From: Eledone cirrhosa
Lineage: Eukaryota
Assembly: GCA_964016885.1 (NCBI GenBank)
Contig: OZ024743.1
Span: forward strand, 164,176,001-164,240,000
DNA length: 64,000 bases
Reading direction: 5' to 3'
This document shows, in pieces, positions 1-19,226 of this stretch. The notes under the pieces are model-generated. The model worked only from the letters and a program-made list of their open reading frames with translations. It was not told the origin of the DNA and did no database searches. Position 1 is the stretch's first letter. Each line of letters begins with the position of its first letter. The translations under genes and the position numbers were made by a program.

Positions 1-11
1 TATATATATAT

Positions 12-67
<56 letters not shown>

Positions 68-140
68 GACTATCCAGTGAATTTCCAACCGATAAGGTAT
101 GATTTTCATGGGTATGTCTCTATTTATAAAACAAACTTTG

Positions 141-204
141 TATTTTATCTGATGAAAGCGTACCAATGTTGTCTTGGTACCCTTGAATTATATATAATAA
201 AATA
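141..204 (+). ncRNA. Minimal type I hammerhead ribozyme motif, variant or decayed (GAAT instead of GAAA)
   Basis: Stem I TATTTTAT/ATAAAATA; core CTGATGA (149-155); stem II AAG-GTACCAA/TTGGTAC-CTT; GAAT; palindromic stem III TATATA; TA. Stem I is extended by TATTTATAAAAC (121-132) pairing with GTTTTATAAATA (212-223). Confidence 0.7.
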
Positions 205-243
205 AATATGGTTTTATAAATATAGTTTCCATTTATTTAATAT

Positions 244-248
<5 letters not shown>

Positions 249-284
<36 letters not shown>

Positions 285-848
285 TATGTATGTATATATA
301 TGTGTATATATAGATATGTATATATAGATATGTATATGTATATATGTATAGATATGTATATATAGATATGTATATGTATATATGTATAGATATGTATATA
401 TATATATATATATGTGTATAGATATGTATATAGATATGTATATGTATATAGATATGTATATGTATATATATATATATATATATATGTGTATAGATATGTA
501 TATGTATATAGATATGTATATAGATATGTATATGTATATTGATATGTATATGTATATATATATATATATATATAGATATGTATATGTATATAGATATGTA
601 TATGTATATATATATATATATATGTGTATAGATATGTATATGTATATATATGTATAGATATGTATATATACATATATATGTATAGATATGTATATATATA
701 GATATGTATATGTATATATATAGATATGTATATGTATATATATAGATATGTATATATATATATATGTATAGATATGTATAGATATGTATATGTATATATA
801 TATGTATGTGTGTCTATGTATGTATATGTGTATATATAACATATATAC
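249..848. repeat. (TA)n microsatellite with TAGA/TATG variant units
   Basis: Directly visible low-complexity array. Confidence 0.97.
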
Positions 849-849
849 A

Positions 850-1473
850 CAAACTAAAACAAGTCGAAGTCTCTTTCAAACTAATTCAAAACCATTTTGA
901 AAAACTTCGATACATTTACTCCAATGGTCAAACACAACAACAGCCACAACAACAACAACAACAACAGCCACAACAACAACAACAACAACAGCCACAACAA
1001 CAGCAACAGCCAGAAAATCAGGAGCCACCACCACCGCCACCACTACTGAATTCAAGCATAATAGCTGAGTTACTGAACGACAGTATCTCTCCACCACTTT
1101 CTCAGTCATCATTATCGCCATCATCATCATCACCACCGTCATCATCTTCTGCCACATCAACTGCTAGTAATGGACCACAGCTTTCTCTCCCACCACTCTC
1201 TCAGCCTCCACCACAGTTGTCATCATCACCACCACTGCCGCTATCGTATTCTACCATGTCAACTACTATCAATGAAAAACCACTGCTGTCTTCCCCCTTA
1301 TCACCACCGCAGTCATTCTGTAGTCAAAAGAACCTTTAAAAAAATCTATGGAGCTGTATGCACCCCCCCCCCCCACTACACAAACTAGAAACCCCAAAAT
1401 ATGCCGCTACTCACTACATCAGAGGCTATGCACACGTAGCAACTGCCTATTTACCCATTTACCTGGTACATGA
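850..1473 (+). pseudogene. LINE ORF1 remnant: poly-Q/P/S linker followed by a CCCH-type zinc finger
   Basis: ORF 806-1339 contains Q, P and S runs; 1393-1473 translates PKICRYSLHQRLCTRSNCLFTHLPGT* (C-x8-C-x4-C-x3-H). Confidence 0.6.
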
Positions 1474-2021
1474 CGCACTAACACTGCCAGCCAACGCCAA
1501 AGTACGCTTCCCACACGCATAAGTCGGAGTCCCAAAATCTGCCGACATTCCCAACGTGAGAAACTATGTCTGCTGACTGACAGTACTTTCACTCATCTTC
1601 CTGGGACACAACGTACAGAAAAGGGGCTCCATGCCAACACACAAACCACAATAAAGCCACCCCCTGTTGCAGTAATGCTGCTCCAGTCTTTTCACAAAGA
1701 CACGATTACAACAACAACAAAAATAATGCTGCTCCAGTCTTTTCACAAAGACACAATTACAACAAATACAACAACAACAACAAAAGAGGGAACTGCAACC
1801 CTATCCAATGGTGTAACCATAAATCAATCAAAAACTGCTCCCTGAACAAGAACATTTTTCTTTTTTAGCCATGAACCTGGCAAAAGAGATACAGAAAAAC
1901 ATTTTAGCCATCACCCAACACCATCCTTGCTGTCACTAACACCCAATCTCAAAACAAGCCCCTGCAACAGTCAAAACCAGCCACCACATTAGCCTCCACA
2001 TTTTTACTCAATACACAAGAT

Positions 2022-4873
2022 ATGAGCCCAGCCACCAATGCACAGAAATGGAAGATCCAATTCATTGAGGATTGGGTTGGTAACCATCCATTTCACATCC
2101 CCTTCTTCATTCTTACTGAGACCCACCTTGACAACTCCCACTTGAAGGCCGAAGTAAGAATGAGGAATTTCACAACCATCCACATGGATCGTGTTGACAG
2201 AAGGAAGGGTGGAACTGCCATTTTCCTGCATGATTCCTTTATAGCAGATGGTAACACAACATTCTCTAATGGCTACTGTGAATCAGTCACTGTGCACAAC
2301 AAAGCCAATGACCTGATATTAGTTGGGCTCTATAGGCCACCACAAACACCCATAGTCTGCTTCAAAGAATGCTTTATTCAATAGTGCCATTCTAGCAACA
2401 TACTTTTGATGGGAGACTTTAATCTACCCAGTGTCGATTGGTCTACAAACAGTTTGAAACCAAGCACTCCAACCTTAACCACTGACAAAGAAGCAGTCGA
2501 GTCACTTCTTGACTTTATGAATGAGTTTTTCTTGTCCCAACTTGTCCTTGCACCAACAAGGCATCAAAAGAACATTCTGGATATAGTGTTTAGTAACCAC
2601 ACTAACACTATACATAATATTACGGTGGAAAAAACCCTTCTCTTAAACCATGACATGGTTCTTTGTAACCTGAGATTTCACCAGCCGAAAGCTAATCCTA
2701 GGGACCCCTTTCCAGCCCACCCATTTGATAACATGGATCTCTATAATGCCAACTGGGATGTAATTATGAACGAACTATCATGTGTTGACTGGTCTTTTAC
2801 ACACGCACACATTTCCACCAACATCAAAACATCTTGGCAGATCTTTGTAGACACTGTCACAAATATATGTACAAAACACACCCCACCAAAACCTGTGAAC
2901 AAAACTAAGTGCAGTATCCTCCAAAACAGAAAAACAATTATCAGAAAAATAAAAAGAACAACCAAAGAAATTAACACACTAAAATACTGCCAACAGCAAC
3001 ACACATTCGATGGCTATCGCCCTGCTTGAGTAAAAAAAATATAACCTCCAGCAATGCATGATGACCATCATCAATAACCAGAGAACAGCTGAAGAGAGGT
3101 GGGCCATTGAGAAAATCAAACTCAACCCCAAAGTGTTCTTTTCATTTGCTAAAAAACACTGTTCGCCTTCTAGTTGATGAAAATGGCACACTCCAGGACA
3201 ATGCCAAAACCATGGGCGAGATACTGCAGAAACAATACTGCTCTGTTTTCAGCAATCCTGATATGGCCGATCTGGGCTGTATCAGTGATGTTAATCCCCA
3301 ACACACTATATCGGACATAACGTTTGGCGCCCCTGATGTCTTAGCAGCATTAAACACAATTCAGCAGTTGGCCCCGACAGGTTCCCTGCTTGTGTCCTGA
3401 AAGTGTGTCGACACCAACTTGCATCTCCTCTTGCTAATCTGTGGAGGAACTCACTGGATACTGGGTATATTCCTGAAAACTTTCTGTCCCAGTCTTCAAA
3501 AAGGGAAATAAGTCCCTTGCAGTGAACTACCGTCCGATCTCACTTACCTCTCATATTATTAAAGTATTTGAGAGGGTGGTGAGATCACGAATAACCCACT
3601 TTCTTGAAAACAAACGCCCTGCTGAACACCCACCAACATGGGTTCCATAATGGAAGAGACTGCCTAACACAGCTACTGCATCACTTTGAGACATTTTGAG
3701 AGCCTTGGGAGAGGGCTCCAACACTGATGTCATCTACCTTGACTTCAGCAAGACCTTTGACAGGGTTGATCATAAGATTCTACTGAAAAAACTATCCAAT
3801 ATTGGTGTCTCTGGAAAGTTAATACAGTGGATCAAATGTTTCCTGACAGACAGAGCCCAACATGTTGTAGTCGATGGAGTGAAATATAGCCCTGCCAAAG
3901 GCAGCAGTGGCGTCCCACAAGGCACTGTGTTGGGCCCACTTCTTTTCATCATCTACATTAATGACATTACTGACACCATCAAGCACAGCAACATAAGAAT
4001 CTTCGCAGATGATTCGAAGCTCCAGAAGGTCACCAATGAGGTGGGTGACCGGACTTCCCTTCAGTCAGACCTACTGGCTGTTATCCAATGGGCAGAAAAG
4101 AATAATATACTGTTGAATGAGGATAAGTTTGAATTAATCCACTTTGGAAAAGAGGATTCCCTGAAACTACCATACTCTCTTCCTTCGGGTGAAACTCTAG
4201 TGGCATCCAACAACATCAGAGACTTGGGAGTAATTGTGGACAACAACATAAGCTGGGCCACTCATATAAACAGTAAAGTTGACATGGCCCGCAGAATGTG
4301 TTCCTGGATTCTCAGAACCTTCCAGTCGAGAGATATCCACACTGTTGTCCTTCTCTTCTCCACATTTGCCCGACCCCACCTTGAATACTGTTGTCCACTG
4401 TGGTCTCCCCACACGAAACAAAGTATCATGAAAGTTGAAGCACCCCAAAGATAGTTGGCATGACAGGCCTTGACTATTGGGGTCGATTAGAAAAGCTCAA
4501 ACTTTATTCTCTTCAACGTCGCCGTGAGCGCTACATTATCTGCATGATGTGGAAAATATTCCATCAGCTTTGCCCAAATGATGTTGGCATCACCTTTAGT
4601 GTACACCCAAGGCTTGGGCCACGTGCTATCCGCCCGCAACAAAAATCTCACTCGCATCTCATAACAACAACACGGCACAATTATTTCACCTCAATTGGCC
4701 CTGCTCTCTTTAACATTACACCAAAACACATCAAAGCAGAGACAGACCCCATCAAGTTCAAGAAGTCTTTGGATAAATTCCTTCAAGAAATCCCGGATAA
4801 GCCTCCTACACCCGGATATGCCTCTGTAAACAATAACTCTCTGTTCGAGTGGGCCATGGTGCCCAAACCCTGA
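2022..4873 (+). pseudogene. LINE ORF2 (endonuclease-reverse transcriptase), fragmented
   Basis: Collinear ORF fragments 2022-2384, 2406-3029, 3107-3400, 3696-4454 and 4460-4873 carry EN and RT motifs. Confidence 0.9.
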
Positions 4874-4949
4874 TTTGTAAGACTTCGCCAGGTGGTGCTA
4901 TTAAGTTAGACATGGCCTGGGCCAATACTGGCCGAAAACTATCAAAGTT

Positions 4950-7066
<2,117 letters not shown>

Positions 7067-7069
<3 letters not shown>

Positions 7070-9432
7070 TGGCGGGATGGGGGAAGTAGAGTAGACTATC
7101 AAGTGGCCAGGAGGGAAGCTAGGAGAGAAGTGTACTTAGCAAGAAGGGAAGCTGAGGAAAGAAAGTTCAAGCATGTTCTACAACGCGATGACCAAAAACG
7201 TGAGGTGTTCAGGATTGCCAGGCAATGCGTCAAGGAAAACCGTGATATTGTCGGGGAGAAGTGTGTACTTAACGATGATGGCATACTTGCCATCACCGAC
7301 ACTGATAAGAAGGTAGCTTGGAAGTGTCACTATGAAAGGCTACTAAATGAGGAGAATAAATGGGAGAAAGACAGTCTCCCCCATATCGACCCGATAGAGG
7401 GACCAGCAGTGTTAGTCGAGGGGAGTATAATAAGTAAGGCAATCAAGGATATGAAGACTGGTAAGGCGGCTGGGCCTTCGGAAATAGTTGCTGAGATGCT
7501 GAAGGCATCTGGCACGGTGGGACACACCATGGTCACCCGCATAGTTAACCAAGTCGTACAGAATGGGGTTGTTCCGAAGGACTGGCATAGCAGCATCATC
7601 GTTAACTGTTATAAGGGTAAAGGAGACGCCCTAGATAGGAGTAACTATAGAGGCATTAAATTAATCGACCAGGTCATGAAGGTCACGGAAAAAGTAATAG
7701 CGCAACTAATTAGAGAGAGAATTGATCTAGATGAAATGCAGTTCGGGTTTGTGTCAGGCAAAAGCACCACAGACGCTCTTTTCATAGTACGACAACTACA
7801 GGAGAAGTACCTAGCTAAAGGTAAACCCCTCTACTTAGCTTTTGTCGACCTGGAGAAAGCCTTCGACAGAGTCCCCCGCTCCATTATCTGGTGGGCTCTT
7901 AGAAAACTAGGCGTTGACGAATGGCTTGTGAGGGCTATACAAGCCATGTATAAAGAAACAGTCAGCAAGGTTAGAATTAACAACGAATATAGTGAAGAGT
8001 TTAGCGTAAAAGTTGGCGTCCATCAGGGCTCTGTTCTCAGCCCCCTACTATTTATTATTGCCTTTCAGGCTATAACAGAGGAGTTCAAGACAGGCTGCCC
8101 ATGGGAACTCCTATACGCAGACGACCTGACACTCATAGCGGAATCAATGGCCGAGCTAGAGAAGAAATTCCAAACATGGAAGCACGGCCTAGAGTCAAAA
8201 GGACTTAAAATTAACCTGGCTAAGACCAAAGTTCTAGTTTGTAGGAAAGAAAACAAGGCGGCGATCCCTTCTGGGAAATGGTCGTGCTCGGTATGTAGGA
8301 AAGGCGTAGGTAGAAACTCCATCTTATGTCCTAAATGCAAAGTATGGGTGCATAAAAGATGTAGTGGGATCACAGGTAAGCTAACTAAGAACATAGACTT
8401 TACATGTGGCCGGTGTTCTGGTGCAATAAGTAGCAGCAAGTGCCCACAAAATACTAGCTCTTTCAATTGCGCAGAGGGTTCTATAGAAATAGTGGACAGC
8501 TTCCGTTACCTGGGCGATAAAATCAGCAGTGGGGGAGGGTGCTCTGAAAGTACTGTAGCTAGAGTCAGAACTGGTTGGAAAAAGTTCAGAGAGCTTATAC
8601 CACTATTAGCTGCTAAAGGGTTCTCCCTAAAAATGAAAGGCAGGTTGTACGATGCCTGCATACGAACAGCAATGTTGCATGGTAGTGAGACCTGGGCATT
8701 GTGTGCAGAGGATATACGCAGACTAGAGAGGAACGAAGCTTGCATGCTCCGCTGGATGTGTAACAGTAATATACGTGAACGGCAAAGCATAAACGAACTA
8801 AGGAAAAAATTAGAGATAAGAGGGATCAGATGTTGTTTACTCGAGAGAAGGCTGCGTTGGTATGGACACGTGATGCGCATGAAAGTCGATAGCTGTATTA
8901 CAAAGTGCAGGGCAATAAAGATAGACGGTAGCCACGGAATAGGCAGACCTAGAAAAACATGGGATGAGCTGATAAACTCCGACCTCACACACTTACACCT
9001 CTCCAAGACAATGTCACTGGACCGTGACCTTTGGCGGTACTCAGTAACAGAGAAGACCCGCCTTGCCAGTAGGCATCTCTAACAAACTACACCCCGTCCC
9101 GCCACCACCCCCACCCCATCCACACCACCCCGTTCTATGTAAAGTTATGTTGGTGCCGCGCCATCCAGGCCGAAACAAATGAGATCGTGTAGGTGTCACG
9201 ACAAAAAAACACACAGTCCACGCTGTAATGTGGCCGTGTAGGCAACACGGTAAAAACCTCCCAGACCCACACTGTAAATGTGGTTGGTGTTAGGAAGGGC
9301 ATCCAACTGTAGAAAACCTGCCAGACAGTCCTATGCGAGCAAGTCAATCACTCTTGCCTCAAGTGGGACTAACCCCGTCAAAACCCATGCAAGCGTGGAA
9401 CACGGACGTTAAACGTTGATGATGATGATGAT
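7067..9432 (+). mobile_element. RTE-clade LINE, subfamily A, 5'-truncated, open RT ORF to 9082, structured 3' UTR, (GAT)n tail
   Basis: Uninterrupted frame with [71 protein letters not shown]; ends ggacgttaaacgttgatgatg. Confidence 0.96.
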
Positions 9433-14364
<4,932 letters not shown>

Positions 14365-15489
14365 TGTGTCCGGGATGATGCCGGTGTACTTAGTGTCACG
14401 AATGATCAGAAAAAGGATGCCTGGAAATGTCATTATGAGAGACTGATGAATGTGGAGAACAAATGGGAGAGAGAGAAATTACCCTTGGTAGATCCGACAG
14501 AGGGACCAGCTATTGAGATTGACGAATATAGGGTCCAAGAGGCGATTAGGGAAATGAAAAAAGGTAAGGCTACCGGACCATCGGGAATAGTTGCTGAGAT
14601 GCTGAAGGCATCAGGGGACGTAGGCACTAAACTGGTTGCACGCATCATCAATCAGGCTATATATGGTGGTGTCATACCCAAAGACTGGTGCAGCAGTATT
14701 CTCATAAATTGCTACAAAGGTAAAGGGGATGCTTTGGAGAGGAGCAATTATAGGGGTATAAAACTGATAGATCAGGTTATGAAAGTGGCAGAAAGGATTT
14801 TAGCACAACTAATTAGAGAAAGGGTCAAACTAGATGAGATGCAGTTTGGTTTTGTGCCTGGGAAGAGTACAACAGATGCCCTCTTCTTGGTGAGACAACT
14901 ACAAGAGAGGTTCTTAGAGAAGAATAAGCCACTATACTTAGCCTTTGTTGACCTAGAGAAGGCCGATCTGTCATCTGGTGGTTCCTAAGGAAGCTAGGTG
15001 TTGAGGAATGGCTTGTGAGGACTGCAAACTTTGTACAGAGGTACTCTCAGTAAAGTCAGGGTAGGAATGGAGTTTAGTGAGGAATTCCAGATACAATTAG
15101 GAGTACATCAAGGTTTGGTCCTCAGCCCGCTCTTGTTCATTATAGTCCTCCAAGCCATAACAGAGGTGTTTAAGACTGGCTGTCCATGGGAACTTCTCTA
15201 TGCTGACGATCTGGTTCTTATAGCAGAATTAGTAGAGGAGCTAGAGGATAAATTCTGGCTATGGAAACAGTAGTTGGAATCAAGAGGACTGAGAGTGAAC
15301 CTAGCTAAGACAAAAGTGTTGAGTAGAAAAGAGGACAAAACTCTGATTCCGTCAGGGAAATGGCCAAGTTCGATATGCAGAAAAGGAACTGGCATAAATT
15401 CTATAAAATGCACACAATGCAGATCCTGGGTACACAAAAGATGTAGTGGGATAGCAGGCAAACTAACAGGTAGAGAGAAATACGTATGT
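14365..15489 (+). mobile_element. RTE-clade LINE, subfamily B, internal fragment truncated at both ends
   Basis: [16 protein letters not shown]...[22 protein letters not shown]-like cysteine cluster; nearly identical to the minus-strand copy at 34298-36976; small deletions and a stop. Confidence 0.93.
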
Positions 15490-15495
15490 ATATAT

Positions 15496-15533
<38 letters not shown>

Positions 15534-15632
15534 GTATATATATATGTATATATGTATGTATATATGTATGTATATATATATATGTATATATGTATGTATA
15601 TATATATATATATGTATATATATATGTATGTA

Positions 15633-15921
15633 CACAACATCCAGGCCGAAACAAATGAGGTCGTGTAGGTGTCACGACAAAAAAAAAAAACACAGTCCAC
15701 GCTGTAATGTGGCCGTGTAGATAATACGGTAAAAACCTCCCAGTCCCACACTGTAAATGTGGTTGGTGTTAGGAAGGGCATCCAACTGTAGAAGACCCGC
15801 CAGACAGTCCTATGCGAGCAAGACAACCACTCTTGCCTCAAGTGGGAAAGTTCCCGTCCAAACCCATGCAATCGTGGAATATGGACGTTAAACGATGATG
15901 ATGATGATGATTATCATGATG
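15633..15921 (+). mobile_element. RTE subfamily A 3' UTR and tail only
   Basis: Matches 9160-9432 and ends in (GAT)n. Confidence 0.92.
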
Positions 15922-15955
<34 letters not shown>

Positions 15956-15973
15956 TATATATATATATATGTG

Positions 15974-16028
<55 letters not shown>

Positions 16029-16144
16029 GTGTATATATATATATATGTATTCTGTAATGAATGTTGACCCACAATATTTGCATATGTATCGGTATGTCTC
16101 TTGGCTGAAAAGGAGGTCATATAACTGTCCATGCATTAATAAAT

Positions 16145-16191
16145 TGCTCCGAAGAATCCAAACCTCGGTTTGGAGGAAACAGCTGTAAGCA
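16145..16191 (+). ncRNA. Minimal type I hammerhead with CCGAAGA core variant
   Basis: TGCT / CCGAAGA / a-TCCAAACC-tc-GGTTTGGA-g / GAAA / CAGCTG / TA / AGCA; GUA triplet; followed by an AATAA tail. Confidence 0.75.
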
Positions 16192-16249
16192 CAATAATGT
16201 TTTGAACAGTTCTTTGATTCTTATATTTCATATGTATATATATGTGTGT

Positions 16250-16657
16250 ATCCGGGAGAGATGACCTCTTAGCCTTTGTCAAGGTAGAATTCTAGGAGAA
16301 TGAAAACTCTGATATAACACCTGCAACCCTGATGGTATCCAAGGAAGTTGACATGTTCTTCTTTTTGATAAATATCATCTTGGTTAAGAGAGTGGGACTG
16401 GCCTTGTGCAGTGCCTTTGCTCACTATAAAAGCTTCACGGCACAGGCATTGCTTTATATATGGAGATCTCTCTGCACTTGTCGTCACATGGTACCATGGG
16501 CCCTATGTGTCAATAATTGTCACAAGTGTAGTGTTTGTACCAGACTTTTCAAGTCGCTGGCTGGACTAAAAAGTCACACTCGTTCATCGCATCGGTAGGG
16601 GTTCTCCTACATGGATGTAAAGTAGTGGCCGTACTCGAAAACGAGTTGGCAGCCACC
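16250..16657 (+). mobile_element. Old RTE/BovB-like LINE 3' end with C-terminal C2H2 zinc finger
   Basis: ORF ends [25 protein letters not shown], then a short UTR running into a TA array. Confidence 0.55.
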
Positions 16658-16670
16658 ATATATATATATG

Positions 16671-16701
<31 letters not shown>

Positions 16702-16724
16702 GTATATATATGTGTATATATGTA

Positions 16725-16767
<43 letters not shown>

Positions 16768-16793
16768 ATGTGTATATGTATATGTGTATATGT

Positions 16794-16825
<32 letters not shown>

Positions 16826-16840
16826 GTGTATATATATATG

Positions 16841-16877
<37 letters not shown>

Positions 16878-17527
16878 GTGTATATATATGTGTATATGTA
16901 TATATATGTGTATATATATATATATGTATATATATACATATATGTATATATATGTATATATATATATATATGTATATATATGTATATATATACATATATA
17001 TGTATATATATATATTATACTTTGGGAGGGTCATGTTGCCAATAAGAAACACATGCACCAGTTGCTTTCACTTCAATTTATTATAATAAATTTATAAATT
17101 TCCGGTTGGTTGGTTGGTTCCACAACCAGATGGTTGTTTATATATTGTCAAAGTTCTTTCGTCACACATTCTGTGACTTCTTCAGTGACTGGGGATTCTT
17201 TTCTTTGTTTTTGTGCCTCTCCTTTGTTCTGTCCTACGCCATCTTGTTTCTGACAGAAATATATATATATATAAATATATATATATATATGCATACTACT
17301 GAACGTCTGTATACATATATGTATGTACGTATACATACATACATACTTACATTTAAGTAACTGCCGTACTAAGAGTGAGAAATGAAATTTCGTTTCATTC
17401 TATTCCATTTATCGTTTTCGGTGCGCCCGGCCGACTAAACTCACTCAATATGTAAATTAGGCTGCTCAGCCGTTAATATGCATAAGGAAAGTATATACTT
17501 TCAGACGTTCAACCATCTGGCAGGAAG

Positions 17528-17578
17528 GTATACGATGCTGACGATAGCTAATAAGCTTGAAACTAGTACATCGTTTAC
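17528..17578 (+). ncRNA. Minimal type I hammerhead ribozyme
   Basis: ACGATG / CTGACGA / t-AGC-taataa-GCT-t / GAAA / CTAG / TA / CATCGT; GUA triplet. Confidence 0.85.
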
Positions 17579-17692
17579 GTAGATGACGAGTTCATGATTT
17601 CACTTGAATTCCTACGTAAGTTCATCTTGGAGTAATAAAATTGAAAAAATGGAGAATAACATGGTCAACAGTACAAAAAAGGGGATTTATTT

Positions 17693-17804
17693 ACAGTCTA
17701 ACAATTGTTTCACTGATAAAGATGTCTAAAAATTGCTGAACGCTAGAAGCAGTGCCACTCAATTTTAAATACGATGTTAGCTCGATCAGATCTTCAGAAA
17801 ATGA
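17693..17804 (-). ncRNA. Hammerhead-like motif with enlarged stem II and decayed stem I
   Basis: Minus strand: CTGAAGA-t-CTGAT...(about 65 nt)...ATCAG-t-GAAA-CAATTG-TT-agactgt; the 5' strand of stem I pairs poorly. Confidence 0.55.
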
Positions 17805-18281
17805 CAGTTTCTAACATCATATTTAAAATTGAGCTTTTGAGTTCTGTTTGAATAGTGAAAAAGAACTTCAAATCATAGGATGAATATGCTAATGAAGGTA
17901 ACCTTAAAATTGAAAAAGATCGTTATATTTAGACGCTAGGTAAATTTAAATAATTCTTAGTATTATTTTTTAAAGGAAGAGGAGATAGAGGTTATTATTG
18001 GGGTGGAAGAAATTTAGGGAAAGAATCTAGGTAAAAGTTATATTAGAGTTGATAATACATTATTATTATGAATATATGTATATAATTGTATGGAGTGTAT
18101 TTGTTAGGGTGTAGAGAGAGTGAAATAATTATATTTATATTTATTTAATTATTTAATTATATATTTTGGGAGTATCTATAATATAATGTGAGAATTATAA
18201 ATGTGTTTAAGTGAGAGAATATTAATTTAAAAAGTGACAGATATATTGTATTCATATATACGATTGGGTTTATTCTATTGG

Positions 18282-18458
18282 TGTGTTTTAATATTATAAA
18301 GATAATATTTATAAGTATATTTTATGAAGATTAGAGTTGTAAGTATATTTTATATATATATAAATAACCTGTCGTAATATAATAAAATAAAATATACTTA
18401 CAACTCTAATCTTCATAAAATATACTTATAAATATTATCTTTATAATGTTAAAACACA
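18282..18458. repeat. Inverted repeat, about 72-bp arms
   Basis: 18282-18353 is the reverse complement of 18387-18458 (...ataagtatattttatgaagattagagttgtaagtatattttat). Confidence 0.88.
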
Positions 18459-18580
18459 TATATGTATATATATATGTATATATATGTATATATATATATA
18501 TGTATATGTATATATATGTATATATATATGTATATATATGTATATGTATGTATGTATATGTACATATGTATATGTATATA

Positions 18581-19201
18581 TAACAGTAATATACGTGAAC
18601 GACAAAGCATAAATGAATTGAGAGAGAGACTGAGCATAAGAGGAATCAAATGCTGTGTGCAGGAGAGGTGGTTGCGCTGGTATGGACATGTGATGCATAT
18701 GAAGGATGACAGCTGCATAAAAAGGTGCAGAGCACTAGAAGTTGATGGAAACCCCGGAGTGGGGAGACCCAAGATGACCTGGGATGAGGTGATAAAAGCC
18801 GACCTTACCCAATTACACCTCTCAAAGGCAATGACACACAACCGTGACCTCTGGTGTCACGCAGTAATACAGAGTACCCGACCTCCCATGGGTACAAGCT
18901 GAAGCATATAGACAATATGCCCCCACACCGCCCACCGCAAGGTGGTCGTGGAGGTGCCACGGCAAAAAAGCACCCAGTCCACACTGTAAAGTGGACATGT
19001 AGGCGCCACAAAAAAGCACCCAGCACTCACTGTAAATGAAGTTGGTGTTAGGAAGGGCATCCAGCTGTAGAAATCAAGCCAAATCAGTTCCTGTATGAGC
19101 AAGGCATGGTCAGCCGACCAGACACTGCCCACAACAGGATAACCCGTCTAACCCATGCTAGCGTGGAAGAACGGACATAAAACGGTGATGATGATGATGA
19201 T
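18581..19201 (+). mobile_element. RTE-clade LINE, subfamily C, 3' fragment
   Basis: NSNIRERQS...LRWYGHV...GRPKMTW; distinct 3' UTR ending catgctagcgtggaagaacggacataaaacggtgatgatg. Confidence 0.9.
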
Positions 19202-19226
19202 ATATGTATATATATGTATATGTATG

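Noticed and set aside
17575-17619. SECIS-like ATGA...TGA hairpin
   Set aside because: The upper helix is far too short, there is no apical AA, and no linked ORF.
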